Assembly: GCA_014727915.1 (NCBI GenBank)
Contig: WJMO01000005.1
Coordinates: forward strand, 224,001 to 288,000
DNA from: Candidatus Altiarchaeales archaeon
GTDB taxonomy: Archaea; Altiarchaeota; Altiarchaeia; IMC4; SCGC-AAA252-I15
DNA length: 64,000 nt
Reading direction: 5' to 3'
The notes below the pieces were generated by a model. The model saw only the letters and a program-made list of their open reading frames with translations, was not told the DNA's origin and searched no databases. The translations under genes and the position numbers were made by a program. Below, piece by piece: positions 48,854 through 59,569 of this stretch; the stretch's first letter is position 1, and each line of letters opens with the position of its first letter.

Positions 48854-49861
48854 TCAAATCACGCCGCTCTCTTCCGCTGCCTGGCGGGCTTTTCCCTCGG
48901 TGATACCTGCCCGGAGGATGGTGTGCCGTTCCCTGACTTCATGGGCTTTCACAAGCGCTTCCACTATCAAGTCCTCGCCTATCCTCAGGTCCTTTGCGTT
49001 TGTAGGGGCTTTGCATTTCTTCAGCGCGTTCCTTATCCTCCTCCACTCCGCGTCGTGCAGGTAGGCCATCACTATCGCTCCCACACCGCACTGTTCCCCG
49101 TGCAGTGCGGGCTCCTCGCAGATGATGTCCAGTGTGTGGCTGAACATGTGCTCGCTCCCGCTGCATGGGCGTGAAGAGCCTGCGATGCCTATGGCGACAC
49201 CGGATGAAATCAGCGCTTCGACGAGGACGCTGATGTCATCATATATGTCCTGCGCCTTATTCATGACTATCTCGGCGCTCATGCTCGAGAGTGCCGCGGC
49301 GTAGTCTCCGTAGTATTCTCCCTTCTCGTCGTGGGCGAGCTTCCAGTCCAGGACCGCGGTGTAGTTGGATATGGCGTCCGCGCACCCGGAGGCGAGCAGC
49401 CGCCTGGGGGCTTTGGCTATTATCTTGGTGTCGCATATGACTCCCAGCGGGCAGTGCACTCCCACAGACAATGGCCTGTCCCTCTTCAAAGACGCCTGGG
49501 GCGAGGCTATGCCGTCGTGGCTTGCGGATGTCGGGACGCTGATGAGAGGCAGCTTGCTCTCGAAGGAGATTATCTTGCTCGCGTCCAGGATCTTGCCCCC
49601 TCCGACGCCGACCACGTACTGGGCATTATCCCTCTTGACCTTCTCTTTCAGCTCGTCTAGTGTCTTGTCCGTAACGTCCTCGGCTATTGTGACTTCGCCG
49701 TTGACTTCGACCGCGACGGTCTCTCCCGCGATCTCTCCCGTCTTTTCGTCGCAGAGTATCAGGGGCTTCCCTTGAAGGTCGAGTTCTGCGACTACTTCGT
49801 CCACCTCGTAGACTGCGTCTTCCCCTACCAGGACTTTCCGGGGGAGTTCGATGTTCTTCAT
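48854..49861 (-). CDS. egsA: sn-glycerol-1-phosphate dehydrogenase
   Basis: GVGGGKILD, PTSASHDGIAS, SSRPCSGSEH, HGEQCG. Confidence 0.96.
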   Translation of the reverse strand: MKNIELPRKVLVGEDAVYEVDEVVAELDLQGKPLILCDEKTGEIAGETVAVEVNGEVTIAEDVTDKTLDELKEKVKRDNAQYVVGVGGGKILDASKIISFESKLPLISVPTSASHDGIASPQASLKRDRPLSVGVHCPLGVICDTKIIAKAPRRLLASGCADAISNYTAVLDWKLAHDEKGEYYGDYAAALSSMSAEIVMNKAQDIYDDISVLVEALISSGVAIGIAGSSRPCSGSEHMFSHTLDIICEEPALHGEQCGVGAIVMAYLHDAEWRRIRNALKKCKAPTNAKDLRIGEDLIVEALVKAHEVRERHTILRAGITEGKARQAAEESGVI

Positions 49862-50154
49862 AGTAGCGAGATTATCTGCGCGTGCTTGACCCCGCAGACT
49901 TTGACCGTGTTCTCCTCGTCTATCAGCTTTCGTCTCACGGCGACTTCGACTATCCCGTCACCCATTAGGTTGGCTATGCTGGCTTCTCTGACCAGCTCCA
50001 TGAACTGTTCCTCAGTCACTTCCTCGCCGCCGTAGAACCTTTCGTTGACGTGTATCTCCAGCTCTCCGTCAGTGTATCTCTCTCCTAGGATGTCTTGGTC
50101 GCACGCAGCCAACAGGGTGTCGCTGCCCAGCCTATGGACCTTTGCGGAGTACAT
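49858..50154 (-). CDS. DUF424 family protein
   Basis: LLAACDQDILG, VNERFYGG, ANLMG, GVKHAQI; typical neighbour of aIF2-beta. Confidence 0.88.
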   Translation of the reverse strand: MYSAKVHRLGSDTLLAACDQDILGERYTDGELEIHVNERFYGGEEVTEEQFMELVREASIANLMGDGIVEVAVRRKLIDEENTVKVCGVKHAQIISLL

Positions 50155-50162
50155 GCTATCGT

Positions 50163-50582
50163 CTATTTTATCCTGCGCATCGGCCACCATCCTCCGCAGG
50201 CTTCGCATTTGATTATCTTCTGCCCTTCCAGCTCCCCGGTTTTCGTGTCGGGCCTACCGCACTCGTGGCAGATGACGTATTCTTTCGCGTACTCGTTGAG
50301 GCGGTCTCCGACTATGTTAGTCTTAAGCTTCCTCTGTATTATCGCCCTGTTTGTCTCCAGGTTAGCGGGAGCTGCCAGCTCCTTTGAGAGGAACTTGAGC
50401 ACGTGCTCTGGCTTCCGCCCCATCGCGGTCGTTATCTCGTTGAAGTTCCTGATGATTGTGGTGTTCCCCTCTATGAAAGTGTCTGCTGCGGGTATCTCGA
50501 AGCGCTCGTGCTTTTTCAGCTTCTCCGGCAGCCCGGTCCACACCCGCTCTAGCAGTTTGTCATACTCGTATCTGCTGTCCAT
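50163..50582 (-). CDS. eif2b: Translation initiation factor 2 beta subunit (aIF2-beta)
   Basis: YDKLLER, RFEIP, TIIRNF, KFLSKEL, YVICHECGRPDT, KCEACG. Confidence 0.96.
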   Translation of the reverse strand: MDSRYEYDKLLERVWTGLPEKLKKHERFEIPAADTFIEGNTTIIRNFNEITTAMGRKPEHVLKFLSKELAAPANLETNRAIIQRKLKTNIVGDRLNEYAKEYVICHECGRPDTKTGELEGQKIIKCEACGGWWPMRRIK

Positions 50583-50758
50583 GGTAGGTTGATACTATAG
50601 TAGAGCCTTAAATAAAAGGTAAAAGGGGTTCCTCCTCCACGGTGAAAACATCCAAAAACACAAACAACTTGTACAATGTTCAAAACGGTTGTTTTGGGCG
50701 TTTTCTTCAGTATTTAAGCAAAAAACGACGATATTTAACAATAGGTGTCTCCCCTAAA

Positions 50759-53700
50759 ATGGCTAAGTCTACATCCGGCTCTAGGACAAGGAATCTGCCC
50801 CATGTGGACGTGGACTACTCCGCTGACCCTGCCGCCCTGGAAGCCGCCCGTAAACTGATGGAAGACCGTCTCCTGGTCGCCGAAGTGGCGGGACGGTACC
50901 AGCGGGCCGACAGGGGCATGGACGCTATGATGGGAGACCTTGAATCCATGACCTTGCTAGCCATGCCAGGCGGATACAAGTCAGCAGCGCTATTCTCGTC
51001 GCGTTCCGTCCTCGGAGCGGGCACTAACACACCCGTCCATAGGATGAACCCTGTGGATATGGCAGGCCCCAACCCCGACAACCCCAACGAGACCGACGCT
51101 GAGAGGGAAGCCAGGATCGCTAGCTTGAAGGGTGTCGGAGCGCTTTACCACTACTCCCGGGGCATGGAAACCCTTCTTCGGAGGGTAGGGAAGGCGGAGG
51201 CCAAGGACGCTCACGTGGTGCAGGTGGGAGGCCAACAGCTCAGCCTGATGGACGACCCCCAATTGGACGACATCGCAGGCGAGCTCGTGTCTCTACTCCA
51301 CACGGCCACCGTGGACATGAGCGCAGTTAAACCCGGGGTTATAGGTTTCGACCCGAACAGGAGATGGGACCGAAGCCAGATAAAAAAGGTATTCAGCACT
51401 CAAATAACAGAAGAGACAGACAAACTTCTGAAAAAGCCAGAATACAGGGATCGACTCTCCGCAGCCTCCGCGATAGTTGATGAAGAAAAGAGAAAAGAAG
51501 CGGAGGCAGGTGTAAAGAGTGAAGCTGAGGCCGAGGTAATTGCACGTTTCGAGTCAGAATACGGTACTCCCCGCATCAGCCGGGGCATGACAAGCCACGA
51601 CCCCCACAGGATAAGGGGCATCCTCCACAGGCGGAGCGCCAGGAGCTCATGGTCCGGCAAACCATTCGACCAAATGCCCCTCGTAGACGCGCTAGTGACC
51701 TGGAGGGCTCTCCACGAATCCGGACAGTCACTTCCAGGGACCGGCGAATTGGATGGAGTGCTCGCGGGACCTAACAACCAGAACTTCTTCGATGCCGCGT
51801 TGACCCACCACGCCCGCTCATTCCACTTCCTCGACCGCGATGGCCATCCTGCTAACCTGCAACAGGTCGAAGACCAGCTGAGAGAGCAGGGTGTCGTATT
51901 CAACTCCATATTCTGGGATACACTGGCTTGGATATCAAGGGACGAGGCGATCAGGAACCACATGATATACCTGATAGTGAAGAAGCGAATGGGTGACAGG
52001 GTCTGGGGCATCCAATCTCTGAACCATGGGCTCGCACACCCCTCAAAGGTGAAGAATGCCCTTGGGAGATACCATGACGCCCACGGACAGACGATAGCGG
52101 AGATTCGTCGCAGAAGGCCCGGCGCGGTCAGCTCGGCGGACGTCGCAGGCCAGAGCTGGCAGGAGATGGTCCACGGAGGATACGGCGATGCTATATCCGA
52201 CTCATACGGCCGTAACATCGCAATGGGCTGGCACAAGGGAGGCGATGACAAGCTACTCCAGAAGGGATGGGTTCTCGGAGCAGGTAACGCGTGGTGGAAG
52301 TTCGAGATGTGCATGCGGATGTGCACAGAATTCCACATGCCATTCAGGAACATGGTCGGCCAGAGGCTCTCCCTGGAGAACATGACAGAATACGACCGGG
52401 AGATCGCTGAAGCACTATGGAATCGCATGAACAACAACGTCACACGCGATGTCAGCGGCAGGATAGTCGGCCATAGACGCTACGGTTTCTGGGTTGGAGC
52501 CCGCCAGTTCGAAGACTCCGACGCCAAAGACCATACGATAGAGAACGTCCCGAGCCACGAGGGAGCCACATTCGACTACGTCAAGAGGACGTGGTGGGGT
52601 GGTGTGGACCCGGACACCGACGAGGTAGTCCTCATCAGAGGCTATGGCCTCACAGTCGGAGACGTCTGGCATGCCAGGGAGATGGGAAGCTACTTCAGGC
52701 ACAGCCAACGCCAGGTGATACTAAACACCGTTAACAGGGCGTTGAACACGATTGACCCGACACGTGACCAGTACACTGAGGTCTGCCAGGTCACGGACGC
52801 CGACCTTGCAAAGACTATACCGGATATGGGGGGTTCCAACGTATCTGAATTGGTCGTGCAAGCTAGCAGGGCGGTGGTCTCTGGCAGGGGAGACGATGTG
52901 AGCAAGCGCGTTGCCGAGGAGACCCGGCTGTCTGAGGAAGAGCTGAGGATAGGGATCCGCGAGGAGAGGATAGAACGGGATGTCCTTGCGGCAGCCAACG
53001 CGGTCAGGCGGAGGGGTGGTAAGAGGGAGGCACGCCACCTGGACCAGATAGACCTAGAAGACGTGGACGAAGGCGTTATCGCAGCCTCACAGTATCGCGC
53101 CCTCATGGAAGAGGAAATAGACAGGATACGTGGCGAGAGATCGTGCTCACGCACAGAAGCATTGGAACATCACATAGCTGCCAGGGCAGCTCGCAAGCAG
53201 AAGAAGGGCAAGGCCACCGCGGATCAGGTGAGGGAGCTAAAGGAGGATGAGGGCCTGGACCACGGCACATTAGACGAGCGCATGGACAGGCTGGCATACC
53301 TTGAGCTCGCCGACAGCCTGGGACGTAAGCGACTGAGGTTCGACGTTAAAGCAGGCACTCTCATCTACATGCACACCTTCTGGAGGAAGGCTGGGATAGA
53401 CGCGGAGTTCCCCGACATAGACCTGCAGGCTAGGACAACCTACGGTGACGGATTGGCTCCCCCAACATGCTTATCGATTATACATAACGAAGCCGACACA
53501 ATGTCCCGGACCGCCGAGGACAGCCAGTTCCGCATAGACGTGGACACACCCTATGAGCGGGCCGCCACCCCAGATGAAGCTGCGGTAATGCGAGCATACT
53601 CTGATTCGATACTCCACAACATGCGCGGCATAATAACCAAGATATACAAGTCCACCCAGTGGTTCAAGATCAGCAGCCCCCAGTGGGCTGACCCCATGTA

Positions 53701-56700
53701 CGCCGAGCCGAGGGCGCAGTCCTTCAGCGACCTGTTCCTGTCACTCTTCAAGCCCGTTGACGATCAGGGTCAACCCCTCATGGACGCCGAAGACGACGAC
53801 GCAGGCAAGGCCTTGAGGGAGAAGATAGCGGCTGCCACCGGAGAGAGCACACCCAACGAGTACCTTATGATGCAGACCCTGCTACTTCTCTCCAAGAGGG
53901 CTCAGGCCAGGAACATGCAGCTGACCAGCCTGGCGATGACCCAGCGCGTACCAAACTTCGAGCAGTTCGCGAACTTCGACAGGGCATACATATGGGATTC
54001 GCTGGAGAACTCAGGCCCCCGCGGCTTCGCACTTGAAGACGGGCAACAGTGGGGTGTCATGCGCACGATACGCCTGATAGGCCATTTGGGCCCCGAGCTT
54101 CGCGCCATAAGGAAGAACCTCCACGGCGGGATGTACTCGCCGATAGGCCGTGAACTCTACGAGGGAGAACGATGCGCTTCAGGCACATACACGGACGAGA
54201 CCGGGAGGCAGGTTACGGTCACACGGGACGAGCTCATCAAGAAGATACAGACGATGATAACCACCCCCGGCGGGGAATTCGAGGCTGTGGGCAGGGCCAT
54301 GCGCGACCCTCAACGCCTTAAGGACCAGCATAGGCGCTCGATCGAGCAGAGAAAGAAATCCGTCGGTGCAATAGACCTGCAGGAATGTCCGGACGCGGAC
54401 TATGAGATGGCAAGGCAGCTTTTCATGTTCCTGGAGCACGTGGACGCCTCGATGGACGGTGTCGGAGGCATGGTCCGGCTATCCAACAACCTCGGTTTCT
54501 GCGACATAGGCCTGGGGAAGGGCCAGACCGCCGAGCTCGCCGACATGGAGAAGATAGTCGAAGCAGTCACCGGCGGCCCCGACTACAAGCTACAGGTCAG
54601 GGAGACTCCCACCTCCGACCTGCGGCTGATCTCAGCCGCCCAGAGATCATGCAACATGGGTCACGTGGACCCCACAAGAATACCCGGCGAGCAGGCCATA
54701 GTCGGCACATTCCAGGATGACGCGGTTTATGTCCCGGGCGTGGACATTGAAGGGGGCGGATGGCCCAACGAATGGATATCACTCCAGGGTCCTCTGATGA
54801 TGGACCCCTACACTCGGCCATTCATGCAGAATTTCGTGCGTAACCAGAGCAGTCACAGGGACTTCCGAAGGATGAGAGCCGCCGACAACCTATCCTTGGT
54901 GGGAGTATGGGACATGTTAGACGCCAACAACATAGACCCCGGGCACCCCGCATATGCTATGCTCATGACGTCAGTCGATAGCTCAACCCCAGACTGGGCC
55001 GCGGTCGACTCAGCTCTCGCAGCAGACCCTGCCGCCGCACCGATACAGACGGCTATCACCGCATTATCAGCCCCGGGAGGCGCGGGCTTGAACCCGCAGA
55101 ATGCGATGCATGTCTTCAGAACTCATGGGATAGACGCGTCACACCCCGCCTACGTCGCATTCGTAGACTCAATAAATGCTACGGCAACCGCCCCGGACTG
55201 GAACATGATGGAGCATGAAATCTCCAACGTACACGGTAACGGTATCATCTCCGCTGCCAGGTTCCTGGGCGTCAACGAACCTGAAAATCCGACTGTGCAG
55301 CACAGCCTCGGAGAATGGCTCAAACACTACGGTCAGGGGGTTATAGATGAGACTACCGGCTGGGTGCTGGACCATCAGAGGCTCCAAGCCCAGCAGCGGG
55401 GAGACCCGGGCGAAGCAGCATACGAGGACCGTGCCAACGGCCTCTTCGAGAGCGCGAAGGAAGAGTACATCGCAGCCCGGTCCGAACTGGATGGCGTAAC
55501 ATACCAGACGCGCGAAGTCCATGTGTCCGACGATGGTAACATATCCACTGAGCCCATACCAGGGACTGCGACTACGCCTCGGACGTTGACTACCGGCGAG
55601 AACCTCGAGGTCATAACGTTGGAGAGGATGGCTTTGGCGAGGGCGGCCCAGGCTGACACGCAATCAGGCGCCTCAAACGGACAGCTTAGAGCCCTATACA
55701 ACCGTTCGCACGATGACCTGGCGGCCGCCTGGCTGATCTCGATAGGCAGGGACTCGTCGGTCGCAGAGCAGGAGAGCAGGTTCTGGCGGGAACCGTTCTA
55801 CTGGTATGACCAGATGTACAGGTACCACACGGACCGCTTCCAGGGTGCGGACCTCCATCTAGGATATGCGCCTGCCAAGGCAGGGATGGCTGCCATGCAC
55901 GCTCAAATAGACAACATCTCACGGGTCAGCGGAGAAGATAGCCGCCCGATCTACATAGGTGCTGGAGTTGCAGGCACAGCCGGCACGGTCGTCGGCCTGG
56001 GTGCTGCAGGCACCAGCCTTGTGATATCAGGAGGCTTCGCCGGTCCTGCATTGGCTGTAGCGGGCATCGGAGCCGTAGCAGCCGCCGGAGGGTTCGGGAT
56101 CGAGTCGGCGTTTGACCGGCGTAGGATGGCGGAAGGATGGGCTCGCGCGGCTGTGGACACATACAGCCATTATCTGCCGGAGCAGATGGAGCGTGGTTAC
56201 GCCAGATTATGCGAACTCAGAAGGGTGAAGGAGCTGGGCGGTCAAACTCTTGACAACTGCGGTTGCAGGACCATCATGGGCTTCCTGAAGCAGAGCCCCT
56301 GGACCTACCGCACCGACCCCGGGGTGGCGAAGTCGGAGGAGTCTGCGATGTGGCTGGACCACCTCACGAACACCCAGGTAATCCACGGGTCCCAGTTCCA
56401 GCTTACACCAGCCATGACATCAGTCTTCATGGAATTGGCACACCCGGACACATACAGGGCGAGGCATTATAAGCGGGAAGCCCTGCATAACGCCGGCATA
56501 TACGTTGACGCAGACCATACGAGATTGCATATACCTGTCGCCACAGCCTATCCCGCCGGAGTTCCGGAAGCGGTTAGTATGCTGGACACAGCAGAGACCA
56601 CGGCCAACATACAGGGTGGCTGGTGGAGTTACATAGCTGGTCCGATAACGGCCGGGCTGGGAAGCAAGTACGTGCGTCAGGTATGGGATGTGGCAGCGGT

Positions 56701-56968
56701 AGAGAACCGGGAGGCAGCTGCAAGGCGCACTCCAGCATATGCCGACATCCCCGGCGCATTCCACCATCAGCTGGCATTGATGCGACCGCAAGGGAGCAAA
56801 GCCCACTCGGAGCAGCTTCGCACGGCAGCTCGCAAGCTACAGGATGAGTTCCACGGCCAGGGCGAGCCCATAGTTTCATCGCCTGTCGTCAGGGAGATAC
56901 AGCGGGCCATAATGACTGCCGCAATAGACGAGCAGCACGGGCAGGAGCCGACAGGCCATCCGAGGTGA
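50759..56968 (+). CDS. Giant (~2070 aa) orphan protein with C-terminal Gly/Ala hydrophobic hairpin
   Basis: Uninterrupted ORF; probable ATG at 50759; no signal peptide; hydrophobic segment 55949-56113. Confidence 0.75.
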   Translation: MAKSTSGSRTRNLPHVDVDYSADPAALEAARKLMEDRLLVAEVAGRYQRADRGMDAMMGDLESMTLLAMPGGYKSAALFSSRSVLGAGTNTPVHRMNPVDMAGPNPDNPNETDAEREARIASLKGVGALYHYSRGMETLLRRVGKAEAKDAHVVQVGGQQLSLMDDPQLDDIAGELVSLLHTATVDMSAVKPGVIGFDPNRRWDRSQIKKVFSTQITEETDKLLKKPEYRDRLSAASAIVDEEKRKEAEAGVKSEAEAEVIARFESEYGTPRISRGMTSHDPHRIRGILHRRSARSSWSGKPFDQMPLVDALVTWRALHESGQSLPGTGELDGVLAGPNNQNFFDAALTHHARSFHFLDRDGHPANLQQVEDQLREQGVVFNSIFWDTLAWISRDEAIRNHMIYLIVKKRMGDRVWGIQSLNHGLAHPSKVKNALGRYHDAHGQTIAEIRRRRPGAVSSADVAGQSWQEMVHGGYGDAISDSYGRNIAMGWHKGGDDKLLQKGWVLGAGNAWWKFEMCMRMCTEFHMPFRNMVGQRLSLENMTEYDREIAEALWNRMNNNVTRDVSGRIVGHRRYGFWVGARQFEDSDAKDHTIENVPSHEGATFDYVKRTWWGGVDPDTDEVVLIRGYGLTVGDVWHAREMGSYFRHSQRQVILNTVNRALNTIDPTRDQYTEVCQVTDADLAKTIPDMGGSNVSELVVQASRAVVSGRGDDVSKRVAEETRLSEEELRIGIREERIERDVLAAANAVRRRGGKREARHLDQIDLEDVDEGVIAASQYRALMEEEIDRIRGERSCSRTEALEHHIAARAARKQKKGKATADQVRELKEDEGLDHGTLDERMDRLAYLELADSLGRKRLRFDVKAGTLIYMHTFWRKAGIDAEFPDIDLQARTTYGDGLAPPTCLSIIHNEADTMSRTAEDSQFRIDVDTPYERAATPDEAAVMRAYSDSILHNMRGIITKIYKSTQWFKISSPQWADPMYAEPRAQSFSDLFLSLFKPVDDQGQPLMDAEDDDAGKALREKIAAATGESTPNEYLMMQTLLLLSKRAQARNMQLTSLAMTQRVPNFEQFANFDRAYIWDSLENSGPRGFALEDGQQWGVMRTIRLIGHLGPELRAIRKNLHGGMYSPIGRELYEGERCASGTYTDETGRQVTVTRDELIKKIQTMITTPGGEFEAVGRAMRDPQRLKDQHRRSIEQRKKSVGAIDLQECPDADYEMARQLFMFLEHVDASMDGVGGMVRLSNNLGFCDIGLGKGQTAELADMEKIVEAVTGGPDYKLQVRETPTSDLRLISAAQRSCNMGHVDPTRIPGEQAIVGTFQDDAVYVPGVDIEGGGWPNEWISLQGPLMMDPYTRPFMQNFVRNQSSHRDFRRMRAADNLSLVGVWDMLDANNIDPGHPAYAMLMTSVDSSTPDWAAVDSALAADPAAAPIQTAITALSAPGGAGLNPQNAMHVFRTHGIDASHPAYVAFVDSINATATAPDWNMMEHEISNVHGNGIISAARFLGVNEPENPTVQHSLGEWLKHYGQGVIDETTGWVLDHQRLQAQQRGDPGEAAYEDRANGLFESAKEEYIAARSELDGVTYQTREVHVSDDGNISTEPIPGTATTPRTLTTGENLEVITLERMALARAAQADTQSGASNGQLRALYNRSHDDLAAAWLISIGRDSSVAEQESRFWREPFYWYDQMYRYHTDRFQGADLHLGYAPAKAGMAAMHAQIDNISRVSGEDSRPIYIGAGVAGTAGTVVGLGAAGTSLVISGGFAGPALAVAGIGAVAAAGGFGIESAFDRRRMAEGWARAAVDTYSHYLPEQMERGYARLCELRRVKELGGQTLDNCGCRTIMGFLKQSPWTYRTDPGVAKSEESAMWLDHLTNTQVIHGSQFQLTPAMTSVFMELAHPDTYRARHYKREALHNAGIYVDADHTRLHIPVATAYPAGVPEAVSMLDTAETTANIQGGWWSYIAGPITAGLGSKYVRQVWDVAAVENREAAARRTPAYADIPGAFHHQLALMRPQGSKAHSEQLRTAARKLQDEFHGQGEPIVSSPVVREIQRAIMTAAIDEQHGQEPTGHPR

Positions 56969-56977
56969 AAAGATAAA

Positions 56978-59542
56978 ATGAGACAAAGGAGATCTAGAAG
57001 GCAGACTGGGTCGCAGCCAGGCCAGACTGGCTCGCAGTCAGAGGATCAGGAGAGCCATTGGAAGAGAAACCTGCTGATAGGAGTATTGGGTTGGGAGGCA
57101 ATCGGCCTTTTACCCTACGTCCCAGACGGCCCGGTAAAGGGCATCCTATTCAACGGATGGGGCATATGGGGGAGGCCCGAAACCGTTGCCACCGCTCCCA
57201 TGGACGCTGCCACAAAGGAGATCGCCGACATGACCGGCGCAGCCGAGACCGAGCTGCAGGCTGCAAGGGCCGCAACCACCATCGGAGACAAGCTGGGCCA
57301 CTACGACGCCGCAGCCGGCAAATACAAGTCAATACACGAGAGATACGGTGACAGCACCGAAGGCGCGGGTCTGGCTGGCCAGGCGGGGACGATGCTAGAA
57401 TCCGCCAAAGCAGCTAAGACCGGCGGGAAAGACGCGGAAGCTCAAAACAGATTCAAATCAACCGTTGACTTGGCCAGGGAGCTTGAGAGGAGCTATCCAG
57501 ACAGCGCTCAAGTAGCCAGGGCCATGAGGGCCGAGGCAGCGGTAGGCCTGGGGAAGCCCGAGCTGGCGGCAGACGTATTCACATCCTACCTGAGGGCCGA
57601 ACCGCAAGACCAGTCCAACATAGAAGACCTCATGAAAGCCCGGGCATCTGCGATAGAGCAGCTTACAGGCGGTGATCCAACATCTCCTTTCATGACGACA
57701 GTCCAGACGGCTGAGAAGGCTTTGGCTGACGGGATTAGAACTGGAGATTCCAGGCTATATGAGGATGCGGCGAACATCTACAGCGGCATCGCAGACAATT
57801 CCTCATTGTCAGAGACAGAAAGGGGTCTCGCGGCCTACCTTGCGGGCGATTCCGCCCGGAGGGCGGGCAACGTCGCCGAGGCACTTGGCAGGGTAGACGA
57901 GGCTGAACGGCTGCGTAATGCATCGCACACCGCATACTCGAGGGTAAAGTCGGAGTTCGGAGGATCGCCGTTCGTCCAGGAAGCTGAACTGGGACGTGCT
58001 GGCGTATTGCAGCAGCTCGGTAAGGAAGACGATGCAAGGGATGTTTACCGTGAGGTGCTGAGGACCTCATCATCCACGGATGATGAGCGCAGCAGGGCCA
58101 CTGATGCTTTAAGGGGCATTGTATCACCTCCAGCACCCTCGACAGCTCCAGGCACACCAGGCGCTGGAACTGCCGGGAGGACAAGACCCCCAACAGCATC
58201 GGACCCCGGCTCGGCCTCTGGCACCTCCCAAATTCCTCTCGCGCCCAAGACTCGCGGACCAGCAGCCCGCACCCCAGCTCCCTCGGCGACTAGGACGGAA
58301 CCCTATGTGGACGCGGAGGGGACCTACACCTACGATGTCGGCACTGTGAACCTTACTCAGGACGCGGATGGCAGGGTTTCAGGCACTTTCCAATCGAGTG
58401 AAAAGAGCGGAGGCAAACCACGCTATGAGGGCGATATGGAAGGGCATGTTGAGGGCAACACGCTGAAGATGACATACCGCCAGACCAAGGGCGGTGATAG
58501 GGGGGGAGACATCGAATGGAGGTTCAACCGGGACGGGACGATAGATGCGACGTTCAGGGAATCCGGCCGGTCACCCTATGAGTACAGTCCCCAAAGGGAG
58601 GGAGGCCCTGCCAATTGGCTTAAGACAGAGGCTGAAGTCCATGGAGCCCGGGTCAGCGCGTCATACCAGCGGGCCGAGGAGAAACTAGCTGCTGGAGACT
58701 ACGACGGCGCCATCACCATCTACAGGCAGGTAGCTGGCGATACCCAGCTATCAGACGACCAGAGGGCAGGAGGCAACTACCAGCTTGGCTCCGCGTACGT
58801 TGCAAAGGCGGAGAAACTCGATGATAGTGCGGCCTCGTCCGTCGGCCCGGTGAAGGCAGGACATGAACGGGATGCGCTGGAGGCGAGGAACCATGCGATA
58901 GCGGCTTTCCGGAACGTCCCTCAAACATCCGACTGGGCTTGTGAGGCCCGCCTGGCAACTGGGGACACCCTGGCCGAGCTAGGGAGAACTGATGAGGCTC
59001 AGCAGGCATATGCTCAGGTGCTAACCGCGCCTCAACCGTCAGCGGAAGCTCGCGAATCCGCCGTGGACAGGATGCTCCCAGATACGCCGACGAAAGGCCA
59101 GCTGATGGCGGTCGTCAGCGGGGCCGAGGAAGTATTGGATGACGCGGCCGGGGCTAAGAACGCGGGTTTGATCGTGGAAAATGTTGCCAAACCATATGCT
59201 CAAACCGCCGCAGACACCACCTCCGGATTCACTCCAATCGAAAAGTCTACTGCGGCGTTCCTGGCAGGCTACGCACGTGAGACGGCAGCTTCTGTGGCTG
59301 CAGGCCCTGCGGAGGCTGACCAGCTCATCAAGGGAGCCCGGGACGCATACAGGTCTGTCGTAGACCAAACCCCGTCAGTCCCGCTGGTAAACCAGGCTAG
59401 AATCCGTGTCGGACACATATTCACTCAGTTGGGCGAGAAAGACGATGCGGAATCGGCTTTCCAGGCTGTGATAACAAGCGGCACCGCATCAGGAGACGAG
59501 AAGGAAGCGGCGTCCGCAGGCCTGAGAGCTCTTAACCAGTAA
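56978..59542 (+). CDS. TPR-repeat protein with N-terminal membrane segment, P/T linker and small beta-barrel insert
   Basis: BamD/YbgF-like TPRs (e.g. SPFVQEAELGRAGVLQQLGKEDDARDVYREVL); all-beta insert at ~58304-58600. Confidence 0.8.
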   Translation: MRQRRSRRQTGSQPGQTGSQSEDQESHWKRNLLIGVLGWEAIGLLPYVPDGPVKGILFNGWGIWGRPETVATAPMDAATKEIADMTGAAETELQAARAATTIGDKLGHYDAAAGKYKSIHERYGDSTEGAGLAGQAGTMLESAKAAKTGGKDAEAQNRFKSTVDLARELERSYPDSAQVARAMRAEAAVGLGKPELAADVFTSYLRAEPQDQSNIEDLMKARASAIEQLTGGDPTSPFMTTVQTAEKALADGIRTGDSRLYEDAANIYSGIADNSSLSETERGLAAYLAGDSARRAGNVAEALGRVDEAERLRNASHTAYSRVKSEFGGSPFVQEAELGRAGVLQQLGKEDDARDVYREVLRTSSSTDDERSRATDALRGIVSPPAPSTAPGTPGAGTAGRTRPPTASDPGSASGTSQIPLAPKTRGPAARTPAPSATRTEPYVDAEGTYTYDVGTVNLTQDADGRVSGTFQSSEKSGGKPRYEGDMEGHVEGNTLKMTYRQTKGGDRGGDIEWRFNRDGTIDATFRESGRSPYEYSPQREGGPANWLKTEAEVHGARVSASYQRAEEKLAAGDYDGAITIYRQVAGDTQLSDDQRAGGNYQLGSAYVAKAEKLDDSAASSVGPVKAGHERDALEARNHAIAAFRNVPQTSDWACEARLATGDTLAELGRTDEAQQAYAQVLTAPQPSAEARESAVDRMLPDTPTKGQLMAVVSGAEEVLDDAAGAKNAGLIVENVAKPYAQTAADTTSGFTPIEKSTAAFLAGYARETAASVAAGPAEADQLIKGARDAYRSVVDQTPSVPLVNQARIRVGHIFTQLGEKDDAESAFQAVITSGTASGDEKEAASAGLRALNQ

Positions 59543-59569
59543 ATCCCATACTCTCTGGGGGGTGAGCTT

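Noticed and set aside
50669-50676. TGTACA resembling a TrpY TRP-box
   Set aside because: It is a single hexamer far from the trp genes, with no trpY in the window.
51380-51560. A-rich stretch within the giant ORF as a possible intein or insertion
   Set aside because: There are no intein splice motifs; it encodes a Lys/Glu-rich helix, which largely explains the composition.
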